In this document: positions 56,830 to 64,000 of the stretch, piece after piece
Position numbering within the stretch: the first letter of the stretch is position 1
Layout: every line of letters starts with the position of its first letter
Position numbers and translations under genes: made by a program
Notes under the pieces: generated by a model
The model's input: only the letters and a program-made list of their open reading frames with translations
What the model was told of the DNA's origin: nothing
Database searches by the model: none
Virus record (IMG/VR): IMGVR_UViG_2778261223_000007
Location: 12,132-76,131 of that record
Source of the DNA: a virus
Lineage: Duplodnaviria > Heunggongvirae > Uroviricota > Caudoviricetes
Direction: 5' to 3' (one strand)
DNA: 64,000 nucleotides

Positions 56830-56890
56830 TGAATATCTAATCATTTTGATCAATCATAGAAAAATCGCTGAAAAGTAAGAGGCAGCCATC

Positions 56891-57469
56891 ATGCAGAAAC
56901 AGAGCTATTGGGAGAAACAGAGACAAAAAGCCATGCAAAAATTGGCTGACCCAGCCTGGCGAGAGGAACAAAGGGCAAAGTGCCTTCAACAAGCTCAACG
57001 CCAGCAGCAGCGAGCGAGAGAAAAAGCCGCATCGCCTGAATATCGGCAAAAGAAAATTGAAAAAGCAAAGCAATATGAACAGCGGAGAAAAGATAAAGCT
57101 GTATCCGCTCCGTCCAAAAAAACACGCACGTCACGCGGCCTGAAAGGCAGATCACTCACAGCCGATGAACGCCGGATACAGACCGCTATCGGTGCTCTCC
57201 CCTGCATTGCCTGCCATATTCACGGGCAACATAGCCCAGTGGTATCCCTGCACCATATCTTCGGGAGAACGGCAGAGAACGCGCATAAATATGTCCTCCC
57301 TTTGTGTAAATGGCACCACCAGTACGCAGCGCCAGCCGAGGTCCGAGAACAATATCCCTGGCTGGTCCCTGTTCATGCTGACGGAAAAATAGGCGGAAAA
57401 GCAGATTTCATGCGGCACAATGCCGATGAAATGACGTTGTATCAGATGGCGATTGAATTGATAAATTAG
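56891..57469 (+). CDS. ref: HNH endonuclease, Ref-like (recombination enhancement function)
   Basis: 192 aa; basic N-terminus, then ALPCIACHIHG...SLHHIFGRT...LPLCKWHHQ HNH core and the AAPAEVREQYPWLVPVHADG block that I recall from P1 Ref; flanked by operator-like motifs. Confidence 0.7.
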   Translation: MQKQSYWEKQRQKAMQKLADPAWREEQRAKCLQQAQRQQQRAREKAASPEYRQKKIEKAKQYEQRRKDKAVSAPSKKTRTSRGLKGRSLTADERRIQTAIGALPCIACHIHGQHSPVVSLHHIFGRTAENAHKYVLPLCKWHHQYAAPAEVREQYPWLVPVHADGKIGGKADFMRHNADEMTLYQMAIELIN

Positions 57470-57480
57470 TTTTCTAACAT
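57463..57480 (+). promoter_or_regulatory. operator-like motif AAATTAGTTTTCTAACAT
   Basis: Motif family member; overlaps the ref stop. Confidence 0.5.
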
Positions 57481-57800
57481 TTTAAGTTGAATTGTAAATT
57501 TCTCCGATGTACATTCACTACCGATTGGCACACCGGTCAACTTTTTGAGACAAACTGTTTAGTTTTTCGTATTATTGCCGCCGCTATACCTATGGCGGTG
57601 CAATATAGGTGGCTGAAAAGCCCCCGTTGACTCACGGTGTTCCAGCCTTTATTGCGCCGCCACCAGACCGTGGAACAGTCGATGGCGGCTCCGAAAGCAA
57701 GGAGTCACTACACTATGAACAGCTACTGTCTTTTCCCATCACTCGTTGTCCGCCACTCACGCGATAATCTGCATTCTTTACTCGCGCTGGGGGTGTCAAA

Positions 57801-57968
57801 ATGACCGTTCGTTACCTCAACTTTCAAATCCAGAACATCACTGGCGGTTGCTATGACTGGTTTGTCACTCTCGGAAAAGAAGTGATCACCGGGAAGCTGG
57901 ATGAAGTGAAAACTAAAGCAATGGCCTACGCCTGCAAGCAAGCCCGGAAGAAATCCGCCAAAGCATAA
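57801..57968 (+). CDS. small ORF (candidate)
   Basis: 55 aa, GGGGG RBS; followed by terminator at 58073..58094. Confidence 0.25.
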   Translation: MTVRYLNFQIQNITGGCYDWFVTLGKEVITGKLDEVKTKAMAYACKQARKKSAKA

Positions 57969-58072
57969 AATACTGACTGTTGCGCCCTGGCATTATCGTG
58001 GGGTATATTTCTACGGCACCTTAGAAAAACGGGTGCCGGGATTGGAACCCCGGATAATGTCAAAGGCGACAC

Positions 58073-58094
58073 AGACGCCGAAAGCGTCTTTTTT
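58073..58094 (+). terminator. rho-independent terminator
   Basis: GACGC-CGAAA-GCGTC followed by TTTTTT. Confidence 0.6.
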
Positions 58095-58139
58095 GTGTCA
58101 TGCCATCGCACAGCCATACGTAGCGTTTAGCTCAGAGAT

Positions 58140-58270
58140 CAATGGTAGTGCTGGCTGGGCTGCCGAAAGGCAGGCCGGTTCCCTTTGACGCCGGTAGTTC
58201 CAACCCAGTCAGTGCTACCGCCATTGAGATTGGAACCTCACGCGGTAGCTCCTTAACTTAGTCAAAGGAG
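58140..58270 (+). ncRNA. candidate c4-like antisense RNA region of immI-like module 2
   Basis: CCTTTGAC at 58182..58189 is complementary to GTCAAAGG at 58261..58268, which overlaps the AAGGAGG RBS of the icd-like ORF; further pairs GTTCCAA/TTGGAAC and GGTAGTGCTG/CAGTGCTACC (with G-U pairs). Confidence 0.25.
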
Positions 58271-58279
58271 GCTGCCAAT

Positions 58280-58495
58280 ATGGCTACTATCCCTACCCCA
58301 ACTCATTCTGAATTTATCTGGCGTTTCTATTCCTGCCAAAAACACCTGTATATCTGCGTCATGGCTGCTACCGAAGCAGAGGCGCGCTCATACCTTCCCG
58401 AAGAACCCTGCATTTTTGCTGCTCGCTTCACTCTTGATGCGATGGAGATCCTCAATTACTGGAATCTGCCGATGAACTGCGTGGAGGCGCACTGA
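58280..58495 (+). CDS. Icd-like small protein (immI-like module 2)
   Basis: 71 aa paralog of 22087..22311; AAGGAGG RBS; stop overlaps antirepressor start. Confidence 0.5.
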   Translation: MATIPTPTHSEFIWRFYSCQKHLYICVMAATEAEARSYLPEEPCIFAARFTLDAMEILNYWNLPMNCVEAH

Positions 58496-59421
58496 TGAAT
58501 CTGTCCATCTCTCAAAAAGCGACAATGACCAGCATTGAGATCGCGGAACTGGTAGGTAAGCGCCCTGATAACGTTAAACGCACCATTGAACACCTGGCGG
58601 AACGGGGCGTAATATCTTTTCCTCAAATTGAGGAAAAGCCCACCGCAGGCCGCCCGGCGAGCTATTACGTCTTTGAAGGCGAACAAGGCAAGCGTGACAG
58701 TATCATTGTCGTCGCACAGCTTTCTCCCGAATTTACCGCCCGGCTGGTGGACCGCTGGCGCGAACTGGAGAATGCCCGGGTACAGTTAAAATCAAAAGCC
58801 GAAATCCTGGCTGAAATGGCGCAAATGCATCTTGAGCATGAACGCCGGATCAACGCCGTTAATGCCCAGGTAGCCGAAGTATCGGCACAAGTGTCCAAAG
58901 TCGCTGAAACCGTCGAGCAAATCAAGAAAGGCAATATTCCGGAAGGCTACATTGGCTACCGCCAGCTGGCGGCGAAATGTGGCCTGACTGAAGCCAAATG
59001 CCGAAACCTGGTTAACGCTTACCGGATTCCCACCGATACGCATGAGTTTTTAACTCCCGATGGTTTGCTTGCGCAACGCTCCATTGTGGCCCTGGCCCCC
59101 TTCCGGAAAGCCTTTAAGCAGGTGATGTCGGAGGCAGAACCACGCAATAAACGCTGGTATCATCCAAAGATGGGGATGTTTCAGGCAATCCACCATCCTG
59201 TGCCTGAAAGTCCAAAGGCAAACCTGTCGTTGCATACCGCCAGAGAGAGGATTAAAACAGGCTATGCAATCGTATGCCGTCGAGCATCCTGGCCTGAAGG
59301 TGTATGGGTGTGGCCCGAAGGTGGATCACGAAAGCACTGGCGCACTATCCGGGATGGGAAAATCCATGCGATTGATTTAGCTCCAGAGGATGTTGTTGCT
59401 ACGGACTGGATTGTTAGTTAA
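58495..59421 (+). CDS. antirepressor: Rha-family N-terminal domain fused to DUF2829-like C-terminal domain
   Basis: 308 aa; N-terminus MTSIEIAELVGKRPDNVKRTIE; C-terminus YAIVCRRASW...DLAPEDVVATDWIVS corresponds to the separate ORF 23015..23215 of module 1. Confidence 0.6.
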   Translation: MNLSISQKATMTSIEIAELVGKRPDNVKRTIEHLAERGVISFPQIEEKPTAGRPASYYVFEGEQGKRDSIIVVAQLSPEFTARLVDRWRELENARVQLKSKAEILAEMAQMHLEHERRINAVNAQVAEVSAQVSKVAETVEQIKKGNIPEGYIGYRQLAAKCGLTEAKCRNLVNAYRIPTDTHEFLTPDGLLAQRSIVALAPFRKAFKQVMSEAEPRNKRWYHPKMGMFQAIHHPVPESPKANLSLHTARERIKTGYAIVCRRASWPEGVWVWPEGGSRKHWRTIRDGKIHAIDLAPEDVVATDWIVS

Positions 59422-59480
59422 TTACTGTTGCCCCGGCCTGTCCGGGGCTTTAACTACTAAATAACCGGATTCTCCGCACG

Positions 59481-59765
59481 ATGAAGAAAATAGATTTCAC
59501 TTACTCTGCTGCCACAATCCAGCGACGTTTCAGTCTCATAAGGGAAGTGGAACTATCAAAAAACTGCTATCAAATTCTACTGGATGAAGAGTTTTCACTG
59601 ATGGTTATAGCAGAAAAATTGGCTATGCCGAATGACCGGCACAAGGTCATAGCCAGCCTGGATCTGGTGACAAACAGATACTGGGAATACGAGGAACTAC
59701 TTGAAGTTGGCTTGATACGCGAGATGATAGAACAGGCTGTTCCCCTCCACTTACAGCAACCATAA
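59481..59765 (+). CDS. hypothetical protein
   Basis: 94 aa. Confidence 0.35.
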   Translation: MKKIDFTYSAATIQRRFSLIREVELSKNCYQILLDEEFSLMVIAEKLAMPNDRHKVIASLDLVTNRYWEYEELLEVGLIREMIEQAVPLHLQQP

Positions 59766-59901
59766 TTGAAAGATCTTAACGATAGTCTGCCACGAATAGT
59801 TACTTCCACTGCCTAAAGTTATTTAATTGCATTACAAAGTGTAAATTAGTAACATTAGAATCTCACACAGCACTATAACTATATGTTTTTTATGTAAAAG
59901 G

Positions 59902-60261
59902 ATGATAATCGTGGCTACTAAAATTAAACTTGAAAACCCTCAAACTGGCGAATCAATCACCGGTTTTTATGGTTTTTCCTGGACTACATTCTTGTTTGGT
60001 GCTTTTCCAGCTTTGTTCAGGAAAGACTTTATAACTTTTATTGGGGTATTTGTAGTGATGCTGATACTGGCATTCCTCACAGCCGGAATTGGCCCGTGGA
60101 TTGCCTCATTTATCTGGGCGTTCATGTATAATAAATATTTCACCGTAAATAAGATAAAACAAGGCTTCATTTTTGCTGGTTCTCACACAGAAAATGAGTT
60201 GGCTGCTAGCAAGCTAGGATTGTCATTAAATCAAAACAACTGCAAAACTATTACCGAGTAA
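59902..60261 (+). CDS. small inner-membrane protein (candidate superinfection-exclusion-type moron)
   Basis: 119 aa with 2-3 hydrophobic helices; AT-rich surroundings. Confidence 0.4.
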   Translation: MIIVATKIKLENPQTGESITGFYGFSWTTFLFGAFPALFRKDFITFIGVFVVMLILAFLTAGIGPWIASFIWAFMYNKYFTVNKIKQGFIFAGSHTENELAASKLGLSLNQNNCKTITE

Positions 60262-60300
60262 AGCCAAAAAGCAGGCTTAATAGTAAGCCTGCTATGTCAA

Positions 60301-61134
60301 TCACGAATCTCTCTGACAATTCAGAAACATAAACGCCCGCTTGTCTGTTAAATCCGTAACATAATACTCTCTCATGCCTGTAGGTTTTATTCTACGAGCA
60401 TATACAAACTTATGAACTGGTTGTTTTTCCCCATAACTTACATCAGTCCTAAATTCATCAACCACGCTACCATCTTTTTCAGTTTCCTTTCTCACTAGCT
60501 GATTTTCTAATACAGGCTTTGATTCGTCCATGCCACTAAAAGCATCCTGACCTGTGCTGTTGCCTCGGTTTCCGCGTGGCAAATCCCATGAAAAATAAGT
60601 GCCATAGTCAGTAATCACACGATCCCATGTTCCGGAATCCCCCATATAGTTAGAACGCTCCCCCTTGTAAGTTACAGCCACCTTACAGGCATACGTTTCA
60701 CCATTATTTTTTTTATCATGTCCAGCCATGCTTGCAGGAGTTGCAGGGGAATTATGAATAGATGCGCTTACATCATCTTGCGTTAATTTCTCAACTGGAG
60801 CAAATTCATATATGGGTGTGCCGAGGCTATTTAAATATAACTTATATCTAACCCTAAGCGCACTTCCATCTGAGAATTCATACGTTCCCAGGCATTGGAG
60901 CTTATTGTTTTCTCTTATCTCATTGATCTGATTATAAGCATCAATTACAGAGATTGCTTCCTGCTCGTCCTTCAGCAGTTCATTATAATCATCGATTAAC
61001 ATCTGCCTAGTTTTAGGGGAATTGCAGTCAATTTTGCTAAAATCATAAGCAAAGGTGAGTGTGGGAACAAAAAGAGCAACAACAGTAGCTAGTATTGTTG
61101 AGGAAAATCTTTTTCCATTTTTTATAAAAAACAT
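60301..61134 (-). CDS. secreted protein / putative lipoprotein, hypothetical
   Basis: 277 aa from ATG with GGAG RBS; signal-peptide-like N-terminus; AT-rich gene. Confidence 0.4.
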   Translation of the reverse strand: MFFIKNGKRFSSTILATVVALFVPTLTFAYDFSKIDCNSPKTRQMLIDDYNELLKDEQEAISVIDAYNQINEIRENNKLQCLGTYEFSDGSALRVRYKLYLNSLGTPIYEFAPVEKLTQDDVSASIHNSPATPASMAGHDKKNNGETYACKVAVTYKGERSNYMGDSGTWDRVITDYGTYFSWDLPRGNRGNSTGQDAFSGMDESKPVLENQLVRKETEKDGSVVDEFRTDVSYGEKQPVHKFVYARRIKPTGMREYYVTDLTDKRAFMFLNCQRDS

Positions 61135-61427
61135 TTCATTAACTCCATACCTTACCATCTTAGCCGCGAGCGCGGTCCCTAAAACCATTAACTTCACTGC
61201 ACCGTCCTTCATGCAATCAAAATGACTTTTATGTTATAAAAATAATCAGCCAAATCAACATGATTTAGGCCAAATTTCTGTCAAAAAATAAAATCCACAA
61301 AAAGTGGTTGACACTATTTTGGAAATCACAAACTGCACATAATCCATCGCGCTAACGGCTCCCGTTGAAGGTTCTTTTGACGATTAACTTTCAGCCGAAG
61401 CGCGGTAGGGAGTCATAACGCCAAAGC

Positions 61428-61452
61428 AGGCCGCCATGTGCGGCCTTTTTTT
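61428..61452 (+). terminator. rho-independent terminator
   Basis: AGGCCGC-CATGT-GCGGCCT followed by TTTTTTT; no plus-strand CDS directly upstream. Confidence 0.55.
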
Positions 61453-61479
61453 GTATCCGTCATCCGTGGAGGAAGGACA

Positions 61480-62133
61480 ATGGAAAAGATCGCAATATTC
61501 AGCCTGACCACCAGCAAGCCTCAAATGCTCACTGCAATACTGAAAGACGGTGCTCTCATTATTAACGAAGTAAAACCCCTTCCCGCGTCAGCATTGGAGC
61601 AAAAGCAAAAAATTCCTCCAGCTATAGCAGCCCTGCGGAAAAGCAAATTTAAGGTACTGGTAGACGAAATTACGCCAACGATCTCCGCTGGCACCGGAGC
61701 AAGCCAGGTGACTCTCAAGACCCGTCATGCCGATGGCAGAGCAGCAATCATCGTCGGGATGGAAAGATACAGAGAGTTAAAACTCCAGAAGCTATTATCC
61801 CTGCCGCAAAATAACAAAGGTGCTTTCGAAATCCCTGACTCCATCGTTGACACCGAATACAACGGTAACGGAGAAGAAGTCTACCGGGTGAACTGGCAGG
61901 ATATCAGGCCGGAGCATATTTTGATGATCCTGTGTTGCTACGCGACCGTATACCACAATGTTGCCAGTGCGGATTACGTAGAGCAGATGACCGGTACAGT
62001 CGAGAAAGAGCAAAAAACAGGCATACTCGCTTCGTTCCTGTCCATTATTGGGCATGAAAAAGTTAAAGCAGGCACCTCCCAGCCAAAGTCACTGACTGGG
62101 AAAGAAGTTGATGAAGATACCGTGATACTTTGA
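61480..62133 (+). CDS. hypothetical protein
   Basis: 217 aa from ATG with GGAGGAAGG RBS; the longer frame from 61438 would begin inside a terminator hairpin. Confidence 0.45.
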   Translation: MEKIAIFSLTTSKPQMLTAILKDGALIINEVKPLPASALEQKQKIPPAIAALRKSKFKVLVDEITPTISAGTGASQVTLKTRHADGRAAIIVGMERYRELKLQKLLSLPQNNKGAFEIPDSIVDTEYNGNGEEVYRVNWQDIRPEHILMILCCYATVYHNVASADYVEQMTGTVEKEQKTGILASFLSIIGHEKVKAGTSQPKSLTGKEVDEDTVIL

Positions 62134-62461
62134 TCACATTAGTAGCTTTGTTAACTCCCTCAATACCAGGTAGAAGAGTAACAAAAATATTGACGCCAGT
62201 ATTTGCGTGGTCAATGAAGCGTTCATAAACAGATCAATTAGCATTAATAATTCGAAGATAACATCCATGTCATTCACTCCGTTTAATTTTTAATCTAATG
62301 CCAGCAAATGAAGCTGGCCCCCGCATAAAGATTAATGAAAGTCACTTGTCACCAGTGAGGGGATTTATGAACCACATCCCCCTGAACTGGTGGCCTGTCT
62401 GTTTCTCGCATTTCACACCCTGCATACAGTTTCCCCCAGGTTATGACTGAGAGGCTTTGTT

Positions 62462-62791
62462 ATGGGCTATAGCAGACTCGACGATAGGTACATTGAAGAC
62501 GATATTTTTCGTGCGCTGTTTCACCAGGAAATGATTAAGCGGGTATCGGAGTATCACTCTGATAATTTCCAGTACACGATAAAGATTGATGAAGTATATC
62601 GTTCAGACCTTGCAGCCTACCGGGCGTATGGCAATGCAGATTTGCGCTGGGTATTCCGGGTGCTGGTGGGCCATGAGTCAGAAATGGAAGAAATGCCCGC
62701 CGGGACCACGTTAACTCTTCCTGATGTGGCATGGCTGAGGAACAAGATCCGTGATTACGCGAGCGCGGAACCGGAGATAGAAAATGCCTGA
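62462..62791 (+). CDS. hypothetical protein
   Basis: 109 aa; overlaps downstream gene start. Confidence 0.4.
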   Translation: MGYSRLDDRYIEDDIFRALFHQEMIKRVSEYHSDNFQYTIKIDEVYRSDLAAYRAYGNADLRWVFRVLVGHESEMEEMPAGTTLTLPDVAWLRNKIRDYASAEPEIENA

Positions 62792-63926
62792 TTTCCTGAA
62801 AAACCAGGACGGGCGCTATATCACTGACGGCCTGTCCTCTAAGGACTTCACGCGTTTATTCGACCTTATCAGGAAAGAACAAACCCGTAAGCGCCGACAA
62901 GCTCACCGGACGCTGACGCCAGGTAGACTGAGGAACAAATCCGCCGAAGATATTCTCAAGTTAGGGAAGAAAAAAGGCGGCACGTTCTTCACGCGAGACG
63001 ACCTGAAAGGTTTCGAAAAGCTACGGAGTAAAACACGCGAAAAATATGACAGCAAGACGGCTGGCATCACATACGCCCAGCTGGTGGCATCCAGCCAGGC
63101 AATCGATATTAAGCGTGCAAATAACGCCGTGGATGACGGATCTGGTATCAAAAGAGCTACACCCGTATCTCTTCGCCACAACGTGATTAATATCCGCGTA
63201 GAAGCATCGAATATATCCGTCCACCAGCACCATATCGTCCGGATACGCTTTGAAGAATGGGATCAGATGGTCGATGACATCGCAGAAGACGATAAATCAG
63301 CTCTGAAAATCACTAAATCACTGTGCGCCGGGCGGGTGTCTTTCGATTGTGACTGTGGTCGTCATCAATACTGGTATCGTTACATCGCTACTGCGGGTAA
63401 CTTTGCCCTGGCCCCGCCAAAAGAATACGCCTATCCAAAAGTTCGTAACCCTAAGCTACAAGGCGTCGCCTGTAAACACGTGATCCACTCAATGACGCGG
63501 TTACAGTCCGCCAGTTGGCAAATGAGTATTGCTCGTGCGTTACAAAAGGCTGCAACGCAAATTGCATTTGGTGACGATCGCCGCCGTACAACCAAACACT
63601 TCTCAAAAGAAGACGAGAGGGAGTTTAATCGCAATCGCAACAGTAAAACAAACGTTGACGCTGCCAAGCGCGAATGGAGGCTCTATCAGAAGCGCCAGGC
63701 AGCTTTAAGTACAAAACTGGCAAAGGACAACGGCAAGATCGACAAGCTACGTGACCAATTGACCAGGGCCAGAAAGTTGTCAGACGCACAGAAAAAACGG
63801 GCGGCTGCAAAAGAAGCGGCCTTGCAACGAGAGAAACAGAAAAACAAGGAGCTTCAGCAACGCCTTGCCGATCAGTTCGCACTGAAGAAGCAGGCGTTCA
63901 TTGATGCGCTTGTCATGGCAGGATGA
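62784..63926 (+). CDS. hypothetical protein with basic coiled-coil C-terminus
   Basis: 380 aa. Confidence 0.45.
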   Translation: MPDFLKNQDGRYITDGLSSKDFTRLFDLIRKEQTRKRRQAHRTLTPGRLRNKSAEDILKLGKKKGGTFFTRDDLKGFEKLRSKTREKYDSKTAGITYAQLVASSQAIDIKRANNAVDDGSGIKRATPVSLRHNVINIRVEASNISVHQHHIVRIRFEEWDQMVDDIAEDDKSALKITKSLCAGRVSFDCDCGRHQYWYRYIATAGNFALAPPKEYAYPKVRNPKLQGVACKHVIHSMTRLQSASWQMSIARALQKAATQIAFGDDRRRTTKHFSKEDEREFNRNRNSKTNVDAAKREWRLYQKRQAALSTKLAKDNGKIDKLRDQLTRARKLSDAQKKRAAAKEAALQREKQKNKELQQRLADQFALKKQAFIDALVMAG

Positions 63927-64000
63927 ACCGCCCCGGAAATCCTGGAGACTAAACTCCCTGAGAAAGAGGTAAACAGGATGACTAAAAATACTCGTTTTTC

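Noticed and set aside
61308-61343. Promoter for the candidate sRNA ending at the 61452 terminator
   Set aside because: The TTGACA box has no acceptable -10 at 16-18 bp (CATAAT is 24 bp away), so I did not annotate a promoter or an sRNA feature; only the terminator is annotated.

Overview
This 64-kb window is a segment of a P1-family temperate phage-plasmid from an enterobacterial host; almost all of it is phage DNA. The best single identifier is a Cre-family recombinase gene (43172..44200) placed beside a 32-bp site (42988..43019) that matches, in inverted orientation, the rox site of phage D6 as I recall it, so the element is D6-like (Dre/rox) rather than P1 itself. Other recognisable modules: baseplate and tail-fibre genes with a Cin-type invertible segment (S/U versus S'/U', cix sites at 6578..6603 and 10843..10868); a darA-operon-like block and a 2278-aa DarB-like methyltransferase-helicase; a tRNA cluster (Asn, Thr, a Ser-like type II tRNA, Ile2/CAU) with a TerB-like tciA; lpa-pacA-pacB packaging genes; dUTPase; the phd-doc addiction module; humD behind a perfect LexA box; and a Ref-like HNH nuclease. 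Hunt results worth a second look: (1) a dispersed 17-20 bp operator-like motif (core TTTCTAACA, at least 9 intergenic copies) that looks like the regulon of a C1-type master repressor with a specificity different from P1; (2) two immI-like modules (antisense-RNA region, icd-like ORF, Rha-type antirepressor) with different sequences, one of them with its antirepressor split into two ORFs; (3) five copies of a DUF2829-like (Tad2-family) domain, free-standing and fused to the antirepressor; (4) a low-GC island encoding a membrane protein with an Rx4H HEPN-like motif plus a secreted partner; (5) a 2-kb non-coding region full of long hairpins and a tRNA-like element. No rRNA, CRISPR array or IS/transposase was recognised. 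Everything was done by eye from the sequence and the ORF track; homology calls are from memory of protein families and need database confirmation, and many start codons are approximate.
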